From Catajapyx aquilonaris (lineage: Eukaryota), in NCBI GenBank assembly GCA_000934665.2, contig JYFJ02000754.1:62001-109489 (forward strand): a stretch of DNA of 47,489 nucleotides. Direction: 5' to 3'. How positions within the stretch are numbered: the stretch's first letter is position 1; each line of letters begins with the position of its first letter. Under the pieces are notes generated by a model that was given only the letters and a program-made list of their open reading frames with translations, was not told where the DNA came from and made no database searches. Position numbers and translations under genes: made by a program. This document shows, one piece after another, positions 10,561 through 21,980 of the stretch.

Positions 10561-13224
10561 AGACATTAGTTGATGTTTTCAATGACTAGAATTTCCCTAT
10601 ATTCAGAGGCCATGTCTGACGAATACTGGGACTTTCAGGGTATACCCAGGGACAGGGATTATTCACTGCGCAAAAGTGTAGTTGGAATGCACCGTAAGTT
10701 GGGGTTACTCTGACCCAGTTTTCCACACCAAAGGATGGAAAATTGTATAATTGCATAGTTATATGACAATCGCATTGTTGAATTTTTTTTTGCGTGATGC
10801 ATTGTTAAGTACTGGGCATCAATGATTTTGACATGGAACTCACCCCATTGCTCCCTCACCCTTTACCTCGGTTATTATTTCCAGGAAATGAGATCTCTCA
10901 TATTGGTACACTACATGCTCCCCTACTTTTCTCTGCAATGATAAAAAACAGTTGTGGGAGAGTTGGGACAGCTGGATCACTGGGGGAATAGTCATCGATG
11001 TCGTTGATGCGCCCCTCACTGGAGTCATCCAAAGATATGGCAGTGTTGTCATCACCGTCATTCTCCGTCTGAATTGTTCTCGCTTTTGGTCTTGGTGTTT
11101 GTGGAACAACCAGTGCCTTGCATGACAACGTCGTCATGCGAAATGCTCTTCCCAGGTGGGATAATGTGTCCCCCAAAACCACATGTTCAGTATTTGTTTC
11201 ATTTAGGCCAATTTCCCTCAAAATCTGTTTCAGATTTTCCAGTATCAAACATGCATGCTATTATTCTCCATGATATTGCGAAGACACTTGTGGTTTTCTT
11301 ACCTTCGAAAGCCTTTAAATACACGTCAAGATAATCCTAGATTTTTGGAGCCCTAAAATCTTAAATTTTTCTTATGTCAGGCCTTCACACATTCTTGGGA
11401 TTTGTGGTGGACAGGTAGGGGATTGTGGTTTCGTTCCAGCAAATATGTTGGTTCTCATATTAATTTATTGACTCAAATTTCATATGGAGCTTCATGCTAA
11501 CAACATGCGAAGGTGAATGTCTTCTGGTGGAGATCGTTACGTCTTAGGAATTAATACATGTGCTGGCTCAGTTATTTGCAAATATAAAAATACTTTCTGA
11601 TCATAATATTTTTCTGGGATAGTCATGAATGTCATGACTCTTGTGAAATACCTGTGATTTTCCCATGCTATGGTAACTATTAGAAGTCATTGATGATGAT
11701 TTCTTGGCCTACCGGAATACATAGAAAAAGCATCACGAGAGTCACCGTAATTATATCCACTCTGAGAGATTACAACCGATTGTGAGTCGCTTTACGCTTA
11801 TCGAAGTGGCCTGTATAACATTCTATCATTCGTCCTGACTGGAAACTATTGCACCTTTGTTGTTCGAACTACTCATGTGTTTCTTAACCTGAGGCAGATT
11901 TTGCTTCATAATGATGTCATTCTAGTTCAGGTTGCTGTGTGCTCGGCTTATACGAAACTGTCACAGCTCGTCTGACCGTGATTTAAAGTGAGTCTTCACC
12001 ACACAGTATGGCAAAGCCAAAGTTTCCATCTTTTTTTAAAAAATTCTTCTCAGCGCAGCACATAAGGTTGCCACTGATGCGTATTACTACTCTGAAATAC
12101 TTGCAGTATACTAATATACACGTCCTTATGTAAGCCTCAAATACACTTAAAGTAATGTAAGCTTTGTTTTTAGAATACGTTTCTCAGTTGTTTGCGTCAT
12201 GATTGGTTTTTAGTTCTTGGTTTGAAGACCTGCTGGTAATGGTCACCTTCCATGACGTCATTTCCGGGGACTGGTACTTTATAATTATTGTACTTCTTGT
12301 GGCATTCTCCCCACTCTCTGTGTGGAGGATAACTGGTAATTCCACAAGCATAATGTTCGTCTATTATCTGTTGCAGGTGCAAGGTCATTTCTGAGTGAGA
12401 CACCTCGTTTTGCCTATTCCTTCCTGTCGCCACTTCCTCCATCTTTGAGATTCCGGCTTACATTACGATCAGTCACCATTCCCTTGCATATCCTTCCAGT
12501 TAAAGATGCGTATGTAATGACAGTATAAGCAAATGTAATTTGATTTAAAGCAAGTTGCAAATACTGTACGTAGGCCATTTGGGTCATTTCATGAAGTTGT
12601 ATGACGGCGCTTCCCATTTGTGCCCTGTTTGCACTTGTGATGATTTTGTTTGTTTTCTAAACCCTGGCAATAACTACACATTATAATACAACAAAACTTC
12701 ATAATATTATGCGTGTGTATTGATACAATATGTGTGATTGGAAATAGCAAATAATACACTGCATTATGACTTCTGCTGCATTTTATCCATCTGTGCACCT
12801 TTTCATATCCAGAGAGCTTCAATTTAATTGGCTCTTTCAAGCTAACAAACCTGGATACATATTTTTTCTGACCCGTGGTTCACCTTATGGTTTCACCTGA
12901 TTCGTCGTGCCATGCTTTCTTCTTGGGTCGCCAAGTGCACTAGCCGAACAACTAACTACTTGTCCCTTACGGAACCGAAAGGCTAAATATTGTGAGGTTC
13001 ATCAAACTGGCCCTGGCATTGTTTATTCTGCATCCTCTGTTTGTCCTCCTTGTAACATTGCTTTAAAGTAGAAAACATGAGTCGTGATGGTACTTACTGA
13101 ATTACTGTAGGGGGATGGATTCCGCTGCTGGAGGCATATCTCTCTAATTATTGTCGTGGTCTCTTGCTACACAGCTCCTCCCAAGTCCTGGCTGTCATAA
13201 GGAGAGTTGTCGTCTCCGATACAT

Positions 13225-13285
13225 TCGCCATAAACCTTGCGCCAAAACGCACTGGTGAATGGATCATCTCTATCCAACACTATGG
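13225..13285 (-). pseudogene. Gypsy integrase core fragment
   Basis: AIVLDRDDPFTSAFWRKVY resembles the integrase IVSDRD..FTS.FW motif that carries the second catalytic D. Confidence 0.6.
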
Positions 13286-13494
13286 CATACCTTGCAGTCG
13301 GAACGTGTTGTGAAGAATAATTGTGTCAGGTGTGTGGCAGGTACAGTGCATTATTTGCTTGCTTGCAGTCAATAATAAGTAGCATTATGGGCACTCATGG
13401 CTGCATTATACTATTTAAGGGGATCTAGCCAAGATTCTGGTTCCAAGTTGAAGAATAGTGTTATGATTGTAGAGGTATAGCAAGGGCTTTAGAT

Positions 13495-13745
13495 CACGCG
13501 CCAAAGACGTTCAATGCGCTAGTTATGCTCACTGCTCTCCCACCTAACATGTTCCTTCCTGTGCCCCTTCAATTCACCGTGTATTCTGCCACATCTCTGT
13601 TTTCCACACCAGCATCACACTGTAAACGGGATGGAAGTCCTAAATTAGACTCTTCTTGCTTGAAGTTTACCAGGACTGTCTCTGCAAGGTTGTTGGTGGA
13701 ACATTTGAGGTATGCATCGGGAGAGAAACCATATATCCTTATAAT
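13495..13745 (-). pseudogene. IS3EU (eukaryotic IS3-like) integrase-core fragment
   Basis: IYGFSPDAYLKCSTNNLAETVLVNF...GLPSRLQCDAGVENRDVAEY..*RG, then after a frameshift EHN*RIERLWR. This matches the DGFSR..YL.CS.NN.A.TV / GLPSR.R.D.G.EN / HNQRIERLWRD pattern. Confidence 0.8.
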
Positions 13746-14159
13746 TATTAGGGTTAGATTTCAAAGGAATGAGAATGTATCTGAAGTCAGTGAGTGTTAG
13801 AGATACTGCAGATGGATGTCAGTGCAGCTGACATTGCGTTTCCCCCCCAATGTTCTTTGAATAAATTTAAAGAAATGCACACAATCATGCAATGCCATAT
13901 GCAGCATATTATGTGAACCTTATTTTCTACATGTTGATCTACTTGATCTATGCAAGTTAAGGTCACGCCATGGCCAGTCCATGCGATTTGAACAAGACAC
14001 CCTCATCCTTGATAGAAGAGCACTCTTCATCCTCCCTTCGCCAATTTCTGTAATTAGAATTAAGGGGGTTTAGGATGAGCCATCCCTCACTCGTATGGGA
14101 AATTAGCATATATTTTCCTCTGTATGTAGGGGTGTATATTACAAAACAAATACCTTGAT

Positions 14160-14240
14160 GCTTACGGCATTTTCGCAGAGTCTCTGTTGACACTCCCACA
14201 TCTCGTGCTACGTCCTTCCATTTCCAATTCGTCAGGTAGC
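14160..14240 (-). pseudogene. MADF/Myb-like helix-turn-helix fragment (possibly a Harbinger accessory protein)
   Basis: WKWKDVARDVGVSTETLRKCRK; short match only. Confidence 0.3.
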
Positions 14241-15574
14241 CTGGGTTTAGGTTGGCGACTTTCCCATCTTATCACACGAGTGGCGATAAGCACGGAGCTA
14301 GATTCCCGCACATCCTTACTCGGTGAAGGCTAGACAAGTAGACTAGGTCCTGTGATAACCATACTGTATTATTAATCATCAATGTGTTTGTTAGGTAGAC
14401 GAAATTGTATTGGTATGGAACAATCTAGTGCTTTTTCCGCGATTTATTAATCGTCCAGAATGGCCCAATTAATTATTGGGGAAAACCATAACCCTGCTTT
14501 ATGCAGGAGTACTTCAGATGCACATTTGCAGTGAGGAGCGGTGTTCCATTGAAGGATATCTGCACAGGGTTGCATTTTGATGTCTCCTTAATCCTTTTGA
14601 CACTTTGACATCATGAGCTGTTCGGGCTATTTCCGTGATTAAAACTTTGGTTCTGCATGCTTCACTTTTACTTTACATTGCCTGATACCCGGCTACCCAG
14701 GGTCAGAACATTTATTGGCACGATAGTAAATTTTATATTCATTCAGACTAACGAGATTAATGTAGCTTGCGTTGATGGTACCATCGGTAGGTTCGGCACA
14801 CGCTCCCAGCCCCTTGTTCTCTTCTGCCCCCCCNGACTCGACGGAGACGGGCACCCTGGTTGTTGTCTGCAGCTTGGGCTGTATCTTTTCTTTGTATCCA
14901 TGTACACTGTACAGTTGTGCACGCACCTGAAACAATTACATGACTATTTTGAACAATTGCGACATCTGTTTTTTGATGAGAGACATTCTCATGTTTCCGA
15001 ATTCTTTTCCAGCCTACGCTTCACTGAGCTCTCTTCGCCTGAAAAACATTCCGTTGTCATAATTATGAGCACTTCTCCTCCATACTGTCGAGTTCTGACC
15101 GAATCATTCGCGTCATGGTGTGGATGATGAATATGTCTGGGGCACTGATTCAGTAACGCAGAACAGAGTTGTGGGTCATTCATTTCGTCGGGGAATGTTG
15201 TGCATTGCAGTTGGTGTATCAGGTGGTGCTGTACTTGTTAGTAGAGCAGTGACCATTTATACTCTTCCCCACCGGGGGCATGTCCTGTCGTACAGATTGT
15301 ATTCCTGAAAAGTGACTTGCACCAGTTCATTTCCTCCCCGTTGTACTTGTAGATGAAGTGAAAAATTTCAATTGAAAGTAATATACATAATCATATTTTG
15401 GCAATTGATGTGTAGTTTTCAAATATGTATCGATTTGGTTATCTTGAAGGAATATCGATCAGATGTTAAATGTATTGTAAATATATATTGAAAAGACGAG
15501 TGACATTGCGAACATGCAATCACGCAGTATGTGAAGTGTTTGGGATCATTTACTTTCTAGATTTTTTATGTTAA

Positions 15575-15705
15575 GCTCCGCCTCGCCGAGATGGATAAGC
15601 TGTTGAGGAGCTGGCAGGGTCGGAGGCTGGTGTACCACCTTGGTCAAGTCCTCCTCCTGAATTTTATTATTCAGTATCATTCAGAGTGGCCTCCTTATAT
15701 TTCCA
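15575..15705 (+). repeat. Dispersed module; copy at ~17924-18080
   Basis: TGTTGAGGAGCTGGCAGGGTCGGAGGC.GGTGTAC and TGAATTT..TATCATTCA..TGGCCT are shared. Confidence 0.85.
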
Positions 15706-17409
15706 ATTAATAGTGATTCTATCCACCCGCTTTTTCTTCACAGTTCTTGCATTATACCAAATGTAAGGCTGAAATGTACTGCATTACTCAATACATACAA
15801 GTCATACAAAAATTTGTCGTCTGGATACATTTTCAAGTAATCGGCTCCCTTTGCTGCGACATTATGGCAACCGAAGTTGATCCCAGGTTTAGCCTGGTTC
15901 ACTCAGAAAACCGTAGCATGTATATCTAGAATGCAACGAATAAACCCTTACGTACGTTGGAACTCACGCAAACAAACGTTGGAAGTCGGGAGCAATCACA
16001 GTCCATCTGTTACTTCAATCTGGTTCAAGGTATTGGTCGCCTGCTATGCCAATAATGTATTGTTACCAGAGGTGTTTGTGTGGCCGTGGCCTTTCCCCCC
16101 AGCTGACTGGCCTCCTACAGTTTTATTTTTGGATCTCAAATTACGTGGTACTCTCAAAGCGAAACTTTCACTGGCAGTTGGTGTTACATGCTGCTGATCA
16201 TTACATGTGATGATCTGTGGTGTCTTTGTTCTTCCTCATTTTTCTTTTTATTGTGGTTTTTGTTCTCTCACTTGTTGTCTTTTCACGCACTTCGTGGTTC
16301 TAATTAGTGTATTACAATTATTTAATTACAATTGTGTGAATCTATAGTCAACTAGCCCAGGTTAGTAGTGACACCAAGAGCCTGGTAGAAGATGGTTTAT
16401 AACAGGTGTGGTCGAGAGGTGCATTTACTTTGGACGATTTAAATGGGATGTTCACCTTAACTGCATTTTACATATCTTCTTGCAACCTTCCGCCCGCATG
16501 TCCTTTTTGGCGTACACAACAGGCGCATGTTGATGTTATGAAGAGTACTCGTCATATCTTTGAGGCTCGTTGTGAAACTAAATGAGGAGACTCATCTAGG
16601 CATATTGACCAAAAGTGTGCCCGAAAAGCGACGCTGCAAAGCTCGGAAATTGTTTACAAGTAATGTACAGTGGGCCTCTGCAATGGGGCAGTACGTCGTC
16701 TTACGGATTCAAGGGTATGGCGAGTGTCGTACCAGTTACCAAGCGCAATTATTGGTGATGACGACTTCGCAATCGGATGTACTGTATAATCCAAATGTGA
16801 CCCATAGGTGTGACGTCACTTCTCATTAGGCTGCTCTTTGTGGAGGCCTAGTTGACCGCCGTCGTTTTGTGAACTTGCATGGTTTCTGTTCATCTCAAGC
16901 CCAGCTGATCCAGATGAACTTGGTATGGCTCAGATCGCTCAAGTTGTGCCAAATGGAGGTGATGTAGCAAAATGGACTGTAAAATATTGAAAGGGGGACA
17001 TAAGAATCATTGTAAAAGTTCCTTATATGCCTTTGATATCTGTATGGGTTGCATTAAATTGCAAGAATACCACTAATAATTTACCAAAAAAATAACTTCC
17101 CATTGGTGAAATTGGAGTAGCCTCTGTCTGTTGCCTGATGATTGATTGAATACAAAGGCACGTCTTTGAATAGATAAGTCAAAGCTTTCCGTATGAAGCA
17201 TGGTTTAATTTGCCCTAGCCCGCCTGGTGCCCCCACAATTCATTATTTCTTGCCATCAATATACGCGGGACACGGCTTCGGGCGCAAGTTTGTTGGATGC
17301 CTCTTTCTTCTTCCTATGCGTCCTCCTTCGGATGCTCCTATGGCCGAAGGAAATCCAGACTGTAACAATCTGAGCATGGAAGGTAAATTTATTTCACACT
17401 GAGATTTCG

Positions 17410-17480
17410 TCCATGCATATCCGGCAGCGATGATGACGTCCAGAGGGAGGATTAGCCATGTTTCAGTCACACTTTGAAAT
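17410..17480 (-). pseudogene. LINE apurinic-like endonuclease fragment
   Basis: SVTETWL...IIAAGY fits the VTETWL and downstream GY motifs of non-LTR endonucleases. Weaker related VFVR motifs occur on minus at ~10610-10660 and ~18340-18385. Confidence 0.5.
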
Positions 17481-18184
17481 TGACTTCTGGTATCGTCAGC
17501 TCTTAAAAATGATCTCAAATAATGATGCTTATGTGTTTGTCTATTGTTGATGGAAGCGGTTTAATGTACGGCGTATTCCACTTCTGGTGACTTCATGTAA
17601 CAGACGGGATCTAGCCAGCAGCAATTTTGCTGGTAGATGTTTATGTAGTGACAGAGAGTATTAAGTTGTACTTTGCAAATATGCACACTAAATGTGGCGA
17701 GCTTTTGTTGCGTGTGTCAACTTTCGTTTCCTTGAGAAGCTGCATATATCATTGATTGTTTCAGAAGACATAATAATTTTACGAAATGTGCATGTTACAG
17801 TATTATAGAAGAACCGATGGTTATAGTACTTACTTTTTACATGGTGGTGAGGTTGGTTAAAATAGAATCTTTTAGCAATCTAAAAGTTCGTCGCGTTTTA
17901 CCTTTTTTGATTTTTCTGTTTGGAGCTCCGCCGCACGATAGGGAGTCAATTGTTGAGGAGCTGGCAGGGTCGGAGGCCGGTGTACGGATTCAGCTTTAGA
18001 CTTTCATGTGGAGTCCATCTCCTCTTAAACCGTGAATTTTATTCATCATTATCATTCATAATGGCCTTCTTATTTCCCAATAACACTTTGTTACCTAGGG
18101 TGTGTTCCTAACCCAGCAGGCTTGAGAATCATGTCGAGTCCGTCTCGACAGGTACCGAACATGGGGTATGTCAGGCAAGTACTT

Positions 18185-18300
18185 ATATGAAATTATTTTA
18201 TGTAATCGTTCTTTCAATTTCATTCTGCGAGAGAAGTCTTTGTAATGTGTACCCGCATAATGTAGGTGTTGCACTAACTAGACCATAGTCATGCTCCGCT
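18185..18300 (+). repeat. Dispersed module; copy at ~23900-24020
   Basis: TATGTAATCGTTCTTTCAATTTCAT.CTGCGAGAGAAGTCTTTGTAATGTGTACCCGCAT..GTTGCACTAACTAGAC is nearly identical at both loci. Confidence 0.9.
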
Positions 18301-19046
18301 GCCTCACTATCTCTTGTGACATTTGCAGTACATCCTGGAATAGGCTGTTTCGGACAAATACCTCAACATCGGCCGTCGACTTCTTGTTGATCTAATGACA
18401 ATTATTCCTGATATTAAGATAAAATGGCACTTATCCATTTTATTAACATGTTTTCCCACTCGTCATCATTGCTACAGCAATTTCTGGTGTCTCTAATTCC
18501 TCAGTGGTTTCCGGCAGCTGCATCCTTTCTTTTTATGGCAGCAACGTTCGTTGTTGGGACAGAGCAGCATCCACCCTGTCATGTCCTTTTGTCTCTTTAA
18601 AAGACACCAAGTGCATGTGTCTAAATAGCATTTCATATTTGAAATTGTGTAAGCTAATCGACCTATTAAACTCGTCCATGCCAGATGATATGGCCAGGAA
18701 ATAATGTGAGGTCCAAATGTTGGCGAACGTGGATGTCAAAGTGTGGTGGTGCTCCGTCATGTTGGAACCACATGCAGCGCCGAATGGAGTATCTTGAGTA
18801 TTCACACTAGTAGGCCTGCATCTGTCCCGTAGTCGCAGTAGCTGCTACGATCGCCACTAGGACGACCATATCGAACACCTTAGTTGCGCCAGTAGTACTT
18901 CTTGCTTGAATAGCTTGTAGATGTACTGCCCAAGTAAATAACAATCATCAACAATACATGTCCACATGTTCTCTTCTATCACTGGGGATTTTCTTCAGCC
19001 CACAGGTGTCAGTTTCTGGAATTAAATGTTCCCTCTCTTGTAAATG

Positions 19047-19170
19047 TCATCTGGCGAGGGTTGTGATACTCCTTCCGGGGAAATTTTTTAGGGTTTAGTC
19101 ACAATTATTGTACTGTACAGCTACGTAACATTCACCTATCTCACTGTTATATTGCAATAAACAATACTGT
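19047..19170 (+). repeat. Dispersed module; copy at ~30882-31005
   Basis: TGTCATCTGGCGAGGGTTGTG..CTCCTTCCGG..GAAATTTTT..CGTAACATTCAC is shared. Confidence 0.85.
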
Positions 19171-20899
19171 ATACATTTTTTCATTTGACACATGCTGTGG
19201 GTGTGTCAAAAATATTTATTTTACCAGCCTCTACTGCCACACTGGCACATGAATACAAAATGAGTACAATATTGTATTTAACATGAAGGGATGCCATTTC
19301 TCCTACATGGTTGGGGAAGAAATTGGGCAGTTTTTTTTTAACACCGTTATGACACCTAGTTTTCTCATGTATTTTACCTGTCAAGGACTCGTGTTCTTTA
19401 TCTACTGAAAGTATGGGATTATTGAAATGTCCGCTGGAAACATGTTTCTAAGCATGTCTTCTTATATGAGCCACTACTAATGATAAGTTTGTCTCAACGA
19501 CACTCTAGTTTGATTACACCTGTGTCTGTTGATGGATCAGCTCTGATTGGGGCAAGGTCTCCGTTATCTTTCCTAGATGTGAACGCGTTTGGCATGTGAG
19601 ATGTTTTTGCAGCCTTACATGTCCGATGATCTGCGGAACCAGTTTCTTGTGAAGGATAACTATCGGGTTATTAGGGTTTCATTATAATATAAGTCAATAT
19701 GTGCTACACTTTCAAACAATCACTAACTGTTGTGGTGTCAGGTAGTCTCCAGGCTCGTAATAACAGAGTGTCAGTAATCTTTTTGCTGTGGCGGATGCGA
19801 GCTTGCTTACTTTGCCAGCAGATTGTCGAGAAGTAGTTTCACATGCTGTTCCATAATTATATTCTGAAAGGCTGATTAATTCTGGCAGGACTCTGCCAAT
19901 TACACAATCCACAGAATGAAGCAGCTGTTTTTCTTTTCCCACTGGAAATTAGCCTAGAAGAGTTAGACACTACGGCGCAACAGTGTTTTCACCAGGAGTA
20001 TATTCATGCCAGAAAACAATAAGCATTATTTGGCATCCCATATACTACACACTGCACCTAGGCACCTTGGGTTGCATACACATACTTTATTTGTCTGTGA
20101 CTTATTCAGTGTGAAAGACAGCAACAGCATCGTGACACAAGTTCAGGGACATCGTCTCATACATGATCTTGCAGACCATCAAATGCAGCAGCTCATGAAG
20201 CAGAACTTAAAGGAGGGAAAAAATCAGACTGCTGACTTTAGAAATAATAGGAACAGCTTTGGAAGGGATTGCAAATGTCATGAATAAATATTACTAAATG
20301 ATAATACTGCCACCGTTTATTTGATCTTCTAGTGTAATGTTTGAGAACTTTTGAACCCTGCCTGACAGCAACAGCAGCGCCGTCGTCACTTTCATCATCA
20401 TTATCGTCATATGGAAGAAGAGGTACACCAGTTGTTAGTTGAATATAAGCGTTTTTGCTCAAGATGAGTCACTTGGTTGTCACAGGCAAAATTTTGGCAG
20501 TCATAGAGAGAGGTGTAAAGGTAATCATCTGTGAAGAGATATCCCATGAACACAAAAATGTAGGACATTTCAGAAAATTATTGTGCATTAGTTATTGAGT
20601 TTCCCTCGTAGATGCTAACAATAGGCACAGGTGAGTGTGTGCACTTGTGCCTGGGAATTTCAAGCTATAAGCTTGAAATTATACACTCCATGATCATCAT
20701 CAAAAGTTGGAGCTGAGATAGCATATTAGCGGCAGATACATATTATGCTGTCAAAAATACAAAAATGTACATGCCAAGATTCTCTCAAATATTCCCCTAA
20801 AGTGTTCCTGGTCTAATGTGTAAGCAGCACATGGAATCTCCCGTCCTGTTACCTTCCATATCCACGTCGTCTTCATGGTCCATCTGCAGACCACACTCC

Positions 20900-21210
20900 A
20901 ACGCTCTGTAGAATACAGCATGTCGCAATCAGTGTGCATGTTTTCCATGAGCTCAGGGCCCCTCCTTTACAGTTGATGCATCTACTGTAAATCAGCTCTT
21001 GAGAACCCCTGGAAGCCGCATCATGTTGTACACCTGAGGAACCCCTATATAATCAATATTGACTCCAGTAGCTTCCTTAACGCATGCACTTATGGATAAG
21101 TCAGATTTCCTGTTTATGTACTCATGTGAATTTGTGACCGGCGCCTTGATCAGTACATGTGTACTATCCACTGCTCCCACAATGTTTGGAAGTTCACACT
21201 TGTCCATTTA
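20900..21210 (-). pseudogene. PIF/Harbinger transposase remnant, internally deleted
   Basis: LPNIVGAVDSTHVLIKAP...EYINRK (GA.D.TH motif) is joined closely to GVLKS*F / RCINCKGGAL..KTCTLIATCCILQ (C-terminal GVLK.RF...CC.LHN region). The central part is missing. Confidence 0.85.
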
Positions 21211-21339
21211 GTCCACCTTTGTGTGAAATGATATGAAATTCGTCGTCCTACTCTTTCCCTCCTTGTCGTTGTTCGCCTGCCTTCTGACTCCTTTTCAGAA
21301 TGAGACGACCTCCTTAATTAATCCTGCGGGATCCGTACA

Positions 21340-21520
21340 TTAGCCGATAAGGATGATCATGCAGACTTCAACAAGCCAAATGGTGAGAGATGAAGGAGAT
21401 GAATGCCACTCTCTTTCTTACCGTAAATCTGGCCTGACTTGAACCCATTTCATTTTCCTGGTGTGCCTGAGGAATTACAATTGAAAATATACGATCTAGT
21501 GTCTCGGCCAACTCTTGTTT
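21340..21520 (+). repeat. Dispersed module; partial copies at ~35822-35870 and ~39466-39560
   Basis: TAGCCGATAAGGAT occurs at ~21341 and ~35823. TGGCCTGACTTGA.CCCATTT..TTTCCTGGTG..ATTACAATTGAAA occurs at ~21430 and ~39466. Confidence 0.75.
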
Positions 21521-21536
21521 CGTATGTTCATATGTG

Positions 21537-21700
21537 TCATATTTCCTTGAGAGTTGTCGTCATGGGGTATTGGATTCTATGGAATACTATGTTCTGTTCC
21601 CTACATCTGTCCTCCAGATCTATTACTTTGTTTTTCAGCATTTCGATGCCATCATCTTGGGATCTAATTATGAGCTCTTCTGAGTTAATTATTTGTTTTT
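21537..21700 (-). pseudogene. Non-LTR ORF1 (L1/transposase-22-like coiled-coil to RRM junction) fragment
   Basis: IEMLKNKVIDLEDRCREQNIVFHRI matches the K..DLE.RSRR.N..F.GI signature. Confidence 0.6.
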
Positions 21701-21809
21701 GGGCAATCTTAATAATAGCAATAATAATCATTTCAATTTATGACAAACTTATGGGAGTAACTGTGGGTCCAGAAATGTTTCATGATTCAGTAATAACACA
21801 GTTGGTATG

Positions 21810-21980
21810 ATGTGGCAGCGGCCGAAGATGCTGTTGTTTCAAAATCTGCATAAGATCATCCCACGGAAGGTTAATAGATGTTACTTTTGTTAGACGCTGA
21901 CGGGGGTCGCTAAAAAGAGAAGCCGTACCTACGCGGAATATTCTGAAATACGAGCGTACTGTGTCCTCTTGCATCATCAT
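21810..21980 (-). pseudogene. Possible Gypsy gag fragment
   Basis: ...LPWDDLMQILKQQHLRPLP loosely resembles the EL...LK.H..P.P gag motif; weak. Confidence 0.25.
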
